Assembly: GCF_009914755.1 (NCBI RefSeq)
Contig: NC_060947.1
Origin: the human T2T-CHM13v2.0 reference genome, Homo sapiens
Strand: one strand, 5' to 3'
Length of the DNA: 64,000 bases
In this document: positions 36,845 through 49,479 of the stretch, piece by piece
Numbering within the stretch: the first letter of the stretch is position 1
Layout: every line of letters starts with the position of its first letter
Notes under the pieces: generated by a model
Database searches by the model: none
Seen by the model: only the letters and a program-made list of their open reading frames with translations
What the model was told of the DNA's origin: nothing
Translations under genes and position numbers: made by a program

Positions 36845-39800
36845 GCCATAAGATGAGCCATAATAAATTTAAAATTGAAATCATACGAAGTATGTTCTCT
36901 AACCACAACAGAAGTCAGTAATCGAAATAAATTAAGGAAATTTACAAATGTGGAAATTAACACACTTCTAAATAATAAATGCATTAAGGAAAAAAATCAC
37001 TAGCAAAATTAGAAAATAATGAAATGAATGAAAACGAAAGCACAACATAGCAAAACTTATGGGATGCAGCTAAAACAGCACTTAACGAACAATTTATGTT
37101 ATAAATGCCTATATTAAAGAAAGGATAAATGTCTCAAATCAATAAACAAACTTTCCATTTGAAGACAATAAAGAAAGAAGAGCAAGCTAAATTGAAAGCA
37201 AGCAGAAGGAAGGAAATAATAAGGATTAGAGTGGAAAGAAATGAAATAGAGACTAGAAACACAATAGGGAAAGCATATGAATCCCCAATTTTTTCCTATG
37301 AAAATATCAACAAAATAGACAAATCATTAGATAGAAAGACCAAGAAAAAAAGGGGAAATAAAGACCTCAATTCTGACCTTCAGAAAGAAAAAGGATTATA
37401 AGGGCATACCATCCGCAGCCATATGCGGACAAATTACATAATCTCAATGAAACAGACAAATTCCTAGAAAGACACAAACTACCCAAACCAACTCATAAAG
37501 AAAGATAACATCTTAATAGAACTATTACAAACAAATATATCAAATTAGTAAGTACAAAACTTCCTTCAAAGTATGGGTTCTTGGCTCGTGGTGCATGGGC
37601 ATATGGCTTGTGCCTGTATTCCCAGCTACTCGGGAGGCTGAGGCGGAAGGATTGCATGAGCCCCGGAGTTTGAGACCACCTTGGGTGATATCGTTAGACT
37701 CTGTCTCAAACGAACAAACAAACAAATAAACAAACGTTCCCACATAGTAGTAAAGCCCATGCACAGATGGATTAACTGGTTAATTCTACAAAACATTTAA
37801 AGAGGAATTATTACTAGCTCTTCACAATCTCTTCCAGAAAAGAGAAGGGAACACTTCCCAAGTCATTCTATGAGGCCAATATTACCCAGATACCAAAATC
37901 AGACAAAGATGTCACCAGAAAACTACAGTCCAATATCCTTTATGAATATAGATGCGAAAATCCTCCAGGAAATACTAGAAAACCAAATTCAGTGATATAC
38001 TAAAAGGATTATACAACATGAAGTGGGACTGATTCCAGAAATTCAAGGCTGTTTTAACATCTGAACATCAATTAATGTAATACACTACATCAACAGAATA
38101 AAAGATAAAAAACGCATCATCTTAATAGATACAGAAAAAAACACATAACAAAATTCGACACACCTTCATGATAAAAACACTCAACAAACTAGGAACAGAA
38201 GGGAACCTCCTCAATCTAATAAAAGTTTAGATTTTTTTCCTACAACAACCCACAGCTAACATCATAATGAGTGGTTGAAGACTGAAGGCTTCCCCCCGAA
38301 GATCAGAACAAGACAAGAATGTCCACTCTTATCACTTGTATTCAACATTTTATGGGGGGCCTGAACCAGGGAGATTAAGTAAGAAAAGAAATAAAAGGCA
38401 TCCAGATTGGAAAAGAAGAGGTAAAAACTATTTGCAGATGACATGATCTTGTATATAGAAATTCTAAGGAATTCACTAACAAGCAACTACAACTAATAAA
38501 TGAGTTCAGTGAAGTTTCATGATATAAGATCAATAACAAAAATCAATTAAATTTTACTTGAGTAGACATTTCACCAAAGATGATATACAAATAGCCACCA
38601 CACACATGTAAAGATGCTCAACATCACTAATCATCATGGAAATGCGGATCAAACCACAATGAGCTATCACCTCACACCTGTTAGGATGACCGTGGTTAAA
38701 AAAACACCCAAAGATAACAGGTATTGGTGAGAATGTGAAGACATTAGGACCCTTGTACACTGTTGCTGGGAATGTAAAATGCTGCAGCCGCTATGGAACA
38801 CATTATGGAGGTTCCTCAAAAATTAAAAATAGAACTACCATATGATTCAGCAATCCCACTTCTGGATATTTATCCAAAAGAATTGAAGTCAGAATCTTGA
38901 AGAGATATTTGCATGCCCATGTTCAAATGCAGCATTATTCACAATAGTCAAGATATGAAAACAACCTAAATATATATTAACAACTGAATGGCAAAAGAAA
39001 ATCTGGTAATACATAAAATGGAATATTATTCAGACTTTAAAAACGAAGGAAATTTTGCAAAATATGACAGTGTCGATGAACCTGCAGGATACTATGCTAT
39101 GAGAAATAAGCCAGTCACAGAAGAACAAATTCTGTATGATTCCAGTTATGTAATGTATCTGAAACAGCCAAACTCATAGAAGCAGAGAGTAGAACGGTAG
39201 TTGTCAGGGGCTGGGTAGAGGGGAAAATGGGAACTTGCTATTCAATGGGTATAAAGTTTCAGTTATGTAAGATGAAAACGTTCTAGAGATCTACTGTACA
39301 ACATCAAGCCTATAGTTAATGATACTATATTGTACACTTAAAAATTTTTTAAAGGATAGATCTCATGTTAAATGTCTTACTATAATAAAAAAATTAGTTG
39401 TATTTGTAAACAGCAGCAATGAACAATATTAAAATAAAATTAAGAAAACAATTCCATTAAAAAATAACGTTAAGAATAACAAAATATGTAGGAATAAATT
39501 TAACAAAAGAAGTCCAAAACAAATACTCTGAAAACTATAAAACATGTTGAAAAAAATTAAAGACCTAAATAAATTGAAATATAGTTCCATATTCATGGGT
39601 CAGAAGACTTAACATCATTAAGATGGCAATATTTCAAAAACTGATGTACAGACTGAACACAATCTCTATCAACATACCAGCTGGGATCTTTGCAGAAACT
39701 GACAAGCTGATCCTAACATTCATATTTAAAAAGAAGACTGAAGTTGGAGAGCTCACACTTCCTGATTTCAAAATTTACTCTAAAGCTATCAAAACTACAA

Positions 39801-41665
39801 AACTATCAAAACTGTGTCATATTGGTATAGGATGGACATATAGATCGATGGAATAGAACAGGGAGTTCAAAAATAAACCATTATATTTTGGTCAATTAAT
39901 TTTCAACAAGGACGCCAAGATAATTAAATGAGGGAAAAATAGCCTTTTCAACAAATGGTGCTGGAACAGTGACATCCACATGCAAAAGAATGAAGTTGAA
40001 CTCTACCTTATACCACACACAAAAATTAAGCCCATTGTGCAGAAAAGAGTTAAGACAGTAGGCCAGAACTGCTATTCTTGGAAAGGCTTGCTTACAAGGT
40101 TGGCCCTTGGCTGGCATTTAGAAACTTAGAAACTTGGATTCTGGGAGAGTTCTCACCATTCCCAGAACTAATAACAGTGGCTTACCATGCCTAAACTGTA
40201 CAAACGCTATGGTTTATGTTGAACGTTTGCTTTCTTTCTGGGAGTCCAGAGTTTTGATACACGCCAGACAGAGGCTGTTTACGTGACCAGCCCTCAACAA
40301 GAACAATGGGTGCTGAGTCTTTATTAGGTTCCTTGGTTGGCAATGACATCTTGTCACAACTCATTGCAGGGTGACTCTACTGACAGAGTACTCTGGAAGC
40401 TTGTGTCTGTTTTCCCTAGACTTTGACCAATGACTCTTTTAAATTTTTTTTAACTTTTGTAGGTACATAGTAGGTTTATATATTTATGAGGTATATGAGA
40501 CATTTTGTTACAGGCATACAATGCATAATAACCACATCAGGGTAAATGGGGTATCCATTATCTCAAGCAATTATCCTTCCTTTGTGTTACAAACAATCCA
40601 ATTATACTTTTTATTATTTTAAAATGTACAATAAATTATTGTTGACTGTAGTTACACTGTGCCCAATGCATCTTGTACCCTTTAGGTGTAATAAACCGTA
40701 GCAGTGAGTATGACTATATGCTGAGATCTATGAGTCTTCCTAGTGAATCATTAAATCTGAGGGTGATCTTGGGGATCCCTCCATACATAATCATAGACCT
40801 AAATAAAACAGCTAACTCTATAAAACCCTTAGAACACAAATAGGAATAAATCTTTGTGACCTTGGGTTAGGCAAAGCCTTCTTAGATATGACACCAAAAA
40901 CATCATGATTAACAAAAGAAAAAATAGACAAATTGGACTTTGTGGAAATCAAAAATTTTTGTTGTTTGAAGAATACTTAATGGTATTGAGTGAAAAGACA
41001 ACCCACAGGATGGGAGAAATATTTGCAAATTTTATATCTTAAAAGGGACTTGTATCCAGAATATATAAAGAATCCTTGCAACTCAACAATAAAAAGACAA
41101 AAAAAATTAAAATAGGTACAAATGTGAATTGACATTTCTCTAAAGAAGATAAACAAATGGCCATTGGGCACATGAAAAGACACTCAGTATCATTAGCTAT
41201 TAGGGCAATGCAAATCAAAACCACTACGAGATACCAGTTCACACCCATCAGGATGGCTATAATAAAAAAGACAATTGTAAGGGTTGGTGAAGATGTAAAG
41301 AAATTGGAACTCTCATACTCTGCTGGTGGGAATGTAAAATGGTGCAGCCCTTTTGGACATGTCTGGCAGTTCTTCAGAATGCGACACATAGTTACCATAT
41401 GACCCAGGACTTCCACTCCTAGATATATATCCAAGAGAAGTGAAAACATATGTCCATACAAAAACTTGTGCATGAAGGTTCATTGTAGAATTATTCATAG
41501 CAGCCAAAAAGTGGAAACAATCCAGGTGTCCATCAACTGATGAATGGATAAATAAAATGTGGTACATTAATTTAGTAGGATATTATTCAGCAATGAAAAA
41601 AATAAACTTTTGATACATGCTAAAACATAATGAACTTTGAAAAACTTATACTAAGTAAAGGATAA
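36845..41665 (+). mobile_element. Old L1M ORF2/3' region with nested insertions (Alu monomer about 37580-37730, L1MA 3' end about 38555-39390, MER21 LTR)
   Basis: Degenerate ORF2 peptides; the host L1 resumes after each insertion. Confidence 0.85.
40036..40787. mobile_element. MER21-like LTR, itself interrupted by a minus-strand L1 3' tail (about 40440-40660)
   Basis: Starts tgtgcagaaaagagttaa...ggcccttggctggcat; ccaatg..tctt duplication around the L1 tail. Confidence 0.7.
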
Positions 41666-42738
41666 AATACATTGGGCAAAGTGGTTAACAGTTTAAATTC
41701 AGAAATAAATATAAGATAGAAGATAATAGAAATATTTTCTGAGAAAATAACTTCTCACGTTTTAATTTGGGCCAAATGCCTAAATCACCAACCAATGCAA
41801 TGTAAAAAAGAAAAGAGCCCCCAAACATTTCTACTGGCAAGTGACTATCGCACTGATCTATTGAGTAGATGAACTGCCATTTAATTATCTTCATTGTCTT
41901 GTTTATACCACCAAGATCCTAGGCTGTTGATTGTGAGGTCAAACCAGAAAGGGTATAGATCTGATAAAGTACAATTCAGACTGTTTTCCAAAGCCAAATA
42001 TCAATCATTTTGAGTTTTTAAATTTTCTTCTATACCCCTGTCCTATGTTAGTGTGGATATGATAGAGTTGGCCAAGTCTTATTAGTTCATTACAGGGTAT
42101 TTGATTTAGGTTAACCTAAATACTAATATTGTTTCGAATAATTTTCCATTTTTTGTTTGGTAATTGTCTAGCCTAAATCTCTTCAGCTTGAGAAATCTGA
42201 AATCATAGGCCATTATGAGTCTTTGATTTAAACCAAATAAATTTAATTAGAGGTCAGTCCTCCTAAATTGTAAGCTTCACGAGGGCAAAGACCACATCCA
42301 TTTTGTTCACAGTGCCTGGCACAAAACTGGCACTCAATTAATATTTACTAAATGAATTCATAATCAGAAGAAAAGCTAACCCAGTGGCTTTCAAACTTAA
42401 AAATGCATCAGAATCATCTAAATAAAACAGATTACTGGGCCTCATCCGCAGTCTTTCTGACTCTGTGTACTTAGGGTGGGACCAAGAATTTATACTTAAC
42501 CAATACTTAGCAAATTGAATTTTGTTTTCTGAAATCGCAAAGAGGTTGGAGTTGAACTCCCTTCCCTATGTTATTGGAAAATAAATGAAAAGATTCACCC
42601 CCATATATGAAATTGCTTTATACTTATTTTAATTCTTGATTAATTTTTTTTTTAATCAACCAGTATATGTCATGATTTATATAAGAGCATATTCAAAGCA
42701 CATGTGAATGGCATATACGAGAAGATCACAGCAGTTAC

Positions 42739-42789
42739 CATAAAAGACGGTGACATCAAATCTATACCCAGGGGATGACCACCATTGGA
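42739..42789 (-). CDS. PHKA1: PHKA1 optional 51-nt cassette exon (SNGGHPLGIDLMSPSFM) of the multiphosphorylation domain
   Basis: Polypyrimidine tract plus catag|TCC, donor ATG|gtaact, phase 0/0; resembles the recalled rabbit segment PNGGHSLGADLMSPSFL. Confidence 0.85.
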
Positions 42790-43639
42790 CTATGAGAACA
42801 AATTGAGAAAATAAAATTTTAAAAGATATGAGGCCAGGAAACAATTATTTGTACTTTTAAGTCACTAGTGGAGTAAAAATACAGACTATTTCAGTATGTA
42901 GTCAGCACATAATCATTAAAAAGCTGATGAAATAGCTTTACCCTAGAAGCCATGGTGAAGGGAAAAGAAATAAAAATACCCTTATAATTTTTTTTTTCAT
43001 AATCAGAAAAGAGGGCATTCTTGAGTGATAGGGAAAAAATGGCTTAGAACAATACAAAATACCAGACAGGCAGGTGAGGATGGAAGTTAATATTTAGAAA
43101 TAAGAAAGTAATGCAAATTTAGGACTCTCAATCCTCTAAATTATAGTCCTAGTGATTTTGGCTCCCTTGAAAACCTATAGGTAGTGAATGTTTAGAAAAA
43201 ACTTAAATGATGTAGCTGGGTAGATCAAGTCTCAACATCATATTAATGTAGCTGGGAACATGTACTTCAAGTTGTAAATATATAATGAACTTATAAGTAA
43301 TACTGAGTGACTATCAACAATTATAAAATGTTTATCCAATAACTCTCAACCAAATCAAAGATTATTTACAGATAATGCCAATGTAACTAACTATTCAGTA
43401 CTGAATGTAGTTCTTTCACGTTTCAAATAGGAAAATATTCAGATTATTCAAATTATTCGAGAAAACTGTAAAGTGAATACAAGGCCCTTTCTTACTCCAT
43501 TTTCATACTTATTCTTGCATAAATATAAATGCCATAGGGTATTTGATGAGTGTACTCAAGTTACCTCAAATTAAGCTTCAAGCACTGGCTCATTGTCTTC
43601 CTAAATGGTTTCTAATTCCTTTTAAAAAAACCAAATAGC

Positions 43640-43800
43640 AAGGTGGTGGCATGCCTTAGTCCCAGCCACTCTGGTGACTGAGGTAGGAGGATTGCGTGAA
43701 TCCAGGATTTTGTGCCTGTTAATAGCCACTGCACTCCAGCCTGGACAACATAGTGAGACCCCAGTGCTAAAAAGCTAAAAAAAAGAAACGAAAACTAAAA
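43640..43800 (+). mobile_element. Alu monomer (FLAM/FAM-like)
   Basis: Degenerate Alu monomer with an A tail. Confidence 0.75.
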
Positions 43801-44157
43801 ACAAAACTCCAAATTTCCATTTCACCACTCCTCTTCTGGGGGTTTCAATACTGCAAGCTATCATAATTCTATTCTGAAAACAGGAGTAGTTTTAAGCTTT
43901 TCATAAAATGTGCTTCTAGGAGAGGCCAAATCAGTAATTTCTCAACTTGGAGATCTTGAAACCACATGACTTCCTAGAGTTTTAAAAAGAAGCTATGGAA
44001 GCTTTTGTTAACTATTTCCTTGTATAAAGCAACCGCTCTCTATTCTCACCTGCAGGAAAAATTAAGAGGCTACAACATGGTATTTAGTGACTCCCACTAT
44101 CTCCCAGACTGATTTAGATGTTTCTCCCTCTGTGTCCACAGCACCTTTTCTACATCT

Positions 44158-44622
44158 TGTTAAAGAAAAAATTATTCAATGATACTTGTTAAAGCACGGT
44201 AAGGAAGACTTTATTCAGGACCATTGTTAATAGGTACAGAACCATTGCAATGAGGTCTTGCAGTAAGGGAGAGAGATTGGGCTCCCCTCTGAATACAACA
44301 TAATCAAGTGGGAATTTATAGCCAAGTGGTGGAAAATTACTAAGAGGGAAACATCAGAGGTAGGGAGGATTCTGGCTAAACCATCTTAACAGGATTTTTG
44401 CTGAAGACAGGCCAGGGTGATTGGACATCACCTGGGGGTGGTAGAAGATGAGGAGCCTGATCAGATGTCAAGGATGATAAGATATCGAGGATAGGAGTTT
44501 CTGGCTAAACTGACTTAGCAGGGTTCTCTTGCTAAAGCTGGATTTTACAAGGAAGTGCACAAATGGGCCTAGGAAAAGGTTGAGAAGCCCACCTAAACTC
44601 TGGCCAAGCAAAGACTCTTTGC
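44158..44622 (-). mobile_element. Solo ERV1 LTR (MER31/MER67-like)
   Basis: Similar to the recalled consensus ggcccatttgtgcacttccttgtaaaatccag. Confidence 0.65.
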
Positions 44623-44913
44623 TTGAAGTCTAAGTCTTGTTTTATAAAGAAAATTAATTCCAAAATTACATCAGTCCTAATAAGAGAAACTTCAATTTCT
44701 TATTATCAGATGCAAGTTACTTTCCTTCTAAAATTAACAAAGTACTTTGGTCCAGAAAAAGGAAAGCTATCTGCAAAATGACTGTTATAAAGGCGATTCA
44801 AACAATCTACTCCATGACTTGTTATCTTATTTGTAAAAAGGCCATGAGCTCATGCATGTTATACAGAACTAAAGGTAAGTTAAACCATGTTAAATGATCC
44901 CTAGTTGTTTCAC

Positions 44914-44952
44914 CTGACTCTCAGCTGAGATTGACAGTCTACGAAATTCCAC
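44914..44952 (-). CDS. PHKA1: PHKA1 exon 28 (39 nt, VEFRRLSISAESQ; PKA site RRLS)
   Basis: tttcag|GTG and CAG|gtgaaa; classic phosphorylase kinase alpha PKA peptide. Confidence 0.95.
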
Positions 44953-45080
44953 CTGAAACATAAATGGCTCAAATTAAACTCAGAATGTGAAACAAAATAA
45001 ATGACCCAACAAAGTCTGATTCCAAAAGAATGTTCTGAAACATGGCAATATCCCAGCTAATCTCCCAGGTAGTATCTTAC

Positions 45081-45196
45081 CTGCTTTATCTCACTTTTTA
45101 ACTGCATGATCCCAGTTCGTTCTGTTTTGGTTGCTCCAACAGCACCAATCTCGTGGATAGAAATAGCAGGACTGACATTTGAATCAGTGGGACGAA
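45081..45196 (-). CDS. PHKA1: PHKA1 exon 27 (116 nt, [18 protein letters not shown]...SEIKQ)
   Basis: catag|TT and CAG|gtaaga. Confidence 0.95.
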
Positions 45197-46041
45197 CTAT
45201 GTAGTATGAGAGATTACAGAGAAAGAGAGAGGATAATAAGGTTCAATTTCTTCCCCATCACATTTAAAAAAAACTTTCATATATATCCTTATTTTTAACT
45301 TAATTTAAAAACTATAACCTTGCTATTTGAAATGTGGTCCATGGACCAACAGCATCAGTACCACCTACAAGTTTGTTAGTAGAATCTCAGGTCCCACCCC
45401 AGATCTACTGAATCAAAATGTGCATTTTAGCAAGATACCCTTCTTGAAACGCACTGCTTTTCAACTTTCTTTTACCACTCTAAGGTCTGACATCCATCCA
45501 TCTGACCATATATATCTACTTACCCTAACCTTGAAAGTTGAGCATGAGAGATGACCACTTTTCATTTGCTCTGCTGCTTTAGGTACGCAATGCCAAATCC
45601 AACCAAAACCACAAATGTAGGTGGACTATTAATTTGTGAGTTTAAAGTTGAAGGGTTACATTAGAAGTACTGTAAGCAGCTATACACATAATACAATACT
45701 GTAAGAGCTACTGAATTATTGCCAATTAGAATACAAGAAAGTTTCAGATGATATGGGTTGCTAGTTGTCCTAAAGTGGAGGCTTAAGATAATGTGAGGGA
45801 ATGCATTAAACAGTTAAAAATGAAACATGATAGTAATCAATCCACTTAGTTGATATACCATTTAAGGAAAAATATAGTGGTTTCCAAATCTTGTTCCAGA
45901 AGACAGCTTGGTTTCTGTTTTATATATTGGAGTTTATTTATTTGGGGAAAAAGGTTTCTGTGATGAAGGAAAAACATTTTAAAACCAATGAGACACTTAA
46001 ACCAAACAGTATGAAATGAAAATGCAGTTATTCAATCTCAC

Positions 46042-46143
46042 CGCTTCGTTCCACTCCAAACTCCTTGCCGCTGAGAATGTGATGCAGGAGATTCTTCATG
46101 GCCGAAGGACTGAGATTCATCAGGCCCTCTGTGGCTTCCTCAG
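46042..46143 (-). CDS. PHKA1: PHKA1 exon 26 (102 nt, [34 protein letters not shown])
   Basis: gactag|CT and G|gtgaga. Confidence 0.95.
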
Positions 46144-48193
46144 CTAGTCAGCAGAAATGTTAGAACAGAAGGACTTCTAATTTGCCTGCCATGCCCTCTC
46201 TATATTTTCTCTATTTCTTTTCTTGCTTAGAATTTCTGAGTCACTTGATTGGAAGAACAGAATTACAAAATAAATTGATAGCACCCTACTGCTTAGGTAT
46301 TCTTACTTCCATAGATTCTTAATTATTTAAGGACTGACTATCCAGTTTGTGGATTAGCGAGGTAATTGATTTCTTCTTCACCCTGCTTCCAGACCATTAG
46401 GGTACTTAGTAAAATCTTTATTTGAAGGTGGGAAGAATGAAAGAAGAACAATGGAACTGGAGGCCATTCAGAGAAAGACAATGAATGTATATATGCAGAT
46501 AAACTAAAATAATTAAAACTTCTCAGCCTGGAAATAATAGAGACTTAAAAGAGATAGATTTGAATCCATGAAATTATGAATATATGAGGATAACTTGAAC
46601 ATGTTAATCAGCATCACACATTTATTAAAAGTAGACTACATGCAGGTCATCATTTTAAGTAACATTTGTGCAAGCAGGTATGACGACATGATACCTAATC
46701 TTGAGTCTGACTATCTCTTTGGGAGTGATGGAACATGAAAACAAGATAAACAATAAAACATTGCATATTCTATGTGCCAAATGAGAGGTATAGACAATAA
46801 TTGCCTTTGAAATCAATGGAGACATCAATCTCCAAGGACTGGAACTGACAAAATTAGTGGGAAGTACTGTGGGAGTAGAAGATAAAGGCCAGACTGTTGA
46901 GGGTATTAAACATCAGACCCAGGGATCTTGACTTTATCCTATAAGGAATAAAGAGCCATGGTTTTCATGAATCCACAGGAAAACAAGAAATATAACAGGC
47001 TAAATTAAGGAAAAGTGAATATTCAGGGGCTTATCCCTTATTGAGGTTTATTATTGAGCAATCACACTCTCTCGCAAAAAAAAAAACAACATTATACTAT
47101 ATAATGTTTATCTATAACAATGTACTGAACTAGAAATCATTTGCAATCAGGTGGACTCAGACTCAAATTCCACTATTTACTAGCTATGTTGCTTCGGGGA
47201 AGTTAGTTAACCTTCTTGAGTTTCAGTTTCTTTATTGGTAAAAGTGACACAATAATACCTTCTTCTCCAGAGGATTCTTGAAAGGATTAAATGACACAAT
47301 ATATGTAAACTTAAAGCAAAAAGCACAGTATCTGGCATATGGTAGGTATAAAACAATTGTTAGCTCTCTTCTGTCAAAGGGTTACTTAAATATAAATTAT
47401 CTCATGTGTTTGAGTTAGGTTTGACTCAAATTGATAAATTTAGCTACTTGTTAACAGCTTGATTAAAAGTCTTTTGGGGGAAATTTAACAGAAAGAATGG
47501 CTAAAATTGAGTTTTACAACTTTGATTTTATTTTTCTATGCCATCCCTATCTGTATTATTTTGCAATTCTTGTTGAAATCAAACAAATACTAATGGAATA
47601 AGGAGTCATGTCATAGGGGTCCATTGTTCCCCTTCACACTTTATACCATTTTGCCCTACAGCTTTCACAGGCTCCAACTATTCTTCTAACTAAAACTTTT
47701 ATCTTGCCAAATACACCTATAGTTAATTTCAAAGAGAGTCTTGTCAGATAGATGTTAATGAAAATGTCATCTTCCTTTATTCAGTCATGATGGTGACTAG
47801 ACAGAATACTGACACCATGATCCACTGATGTAGTGACTCATTCTTGGTGTACAGACGCTCCACTGCCTAAATCTTAACCCAACTCTGTCTGTCACACTCA
47901 AATACTCTCCAGAGTTAGAGAAATGAAGTTAGCAACGAGTGATAAGTCAAGAGGGATTTGGAGTGAAGAGCCCACAGGAGATGGCATTCTGAAGCTGCGA
48001 ACTGATACACAAATGTGTCATCATATCAGCTCCTTGACTTGCATAAATAGTGACCAACAGGGGAACAAGGTTGCCATATCCAGCTTCTGAGCTATGGATA
48101 AAAATGTTTTAGCTTTCTTTCTTTCCTTATTCCAAACTCTATAAACTTACATCAAAAGTGAATTCCACCTAAAATAGTTACTGAATTAAGTAC

Positions 48194-48323
48194 CTGAGCA
48201 TCGAAGGGAGTGGGCCAGTTCTGTTGCCATAACTTGTATGATCAGACCAATTCGAAGTCGAAACATTTCAGCAAAGAGGCCAGGCTGGGTTCGCATATAC
48301 ATGGCTAGATATACCATTATTTC
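48194..48323 (-). CDS. PHKA1: PHKA1 exon 25 (130 nt, [43 protein letters not shown])
   Basis: gtgcag|GAA and G|gtactt. Confidence 0.95.
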
Positions 48324-48463
48324 CTGCACACAGAGTAGATATAGACAAAAATAATGGCCTAGGTCTCACAATGCCTATTTTGTTGTCTTTGGAAATTGCT
48401 AGATCAATTGAAAACAAACTTTAAAATATCAGTCACCAGATTAGCCTTTACAATTCTTCTCAC

Positions 48464-48542
48464 CTGTGTAAGGATTGAAATGCTCATATCCCCTTCACTG
48501 GCTTCATCTATCAGCTGAGTGAGCGCCTCATAGGGCAGAGGT
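48464..48542 (-). CDS. PHKA1: PHKA1 exon 24 (79 nt, [26 protein letters not shown])
   Basis: ccttag|A and CAG|gtgag. Confidence 0.95.
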
Positions 48543-48902
48543 CTAAGGAAAAAGACAGCAAAGAAAGACAATATTCTACAACCACTTAATCTTAAATATG
48601 TTGAAAAAATGAAGAAGCTTTATCCAAGTCCAAGTCACTGCCTCAACATTTCATCATTACCAATAGCATTCTGATTCTTTCAAACTTCAAAGCTCATTCA
48701 TTGCCTCCTGAAACCACTCTGGCCCATATCAACTTAGAGGAGCTCTGCTCTCTTCTCTCTAAATCTGGATTCTCTTCCTCCTTCAAAATTTATTTAAAAC
48801 TCACACCATGATGTTCTTCTAGACTAGTCTTTCATAGTTAGCTTTGAACATTTGACAAGTAACTATTATGGCTACAAAGTACTAAATTAATTTTAAGCTG
48901 TG

Positions 48903-49190
48903 CTTTTTTTGTAATACACAATGTTTCTACATATTTACAGGGTACATGTGATGTTTTGTTACATACATAGGATGTGTAATGATCAAGTCAGGGTATTTAC
49001 GGTATCCATCACCTTGAGCATTTACTATTTCTTTTGGCTGGGAACATTTCAAGTCCTCTCTTCTAGTTATTTTGAAATATACAATACATTGTTGTTAACA
49101 ATAGTCACCCTACTCTGCTACTGAACATTAGAATGTATTCCTTCTTTAACCAACATCTCTTCAGCATCCCACCCCTACAATGGAATACTA
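48903..49190 (-). mobile_element. L1MA-type 3' end fragment
   Basis: gtacatgtgatg...gtcaccctactctgct. Confidence 0.75.
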
Positions 49191-49479
49191 GCTGTGCCTT
49201 TTTGAAGCCATTTTATTACTTTACAATCACAGTTGACAGAGTTGTTTGATTTTCTATAGTTTCAATTCACACACATGCACACACACACACACACACACAC
49301 ACGTATACACACATCCTCACACACTTCTGATTCTCCTGCTGACACAAAGCACTCTGGGGCATGAACCATGCCATCTTCTTTGGATTACCTACAGTGTCAC
49401 AAAACTGATACAAAAAAGATTGTTTTTCCAGAAGCAAGATTTTATGGATTGAATTATGTCCTCTCCTCAAATTCTTTTC

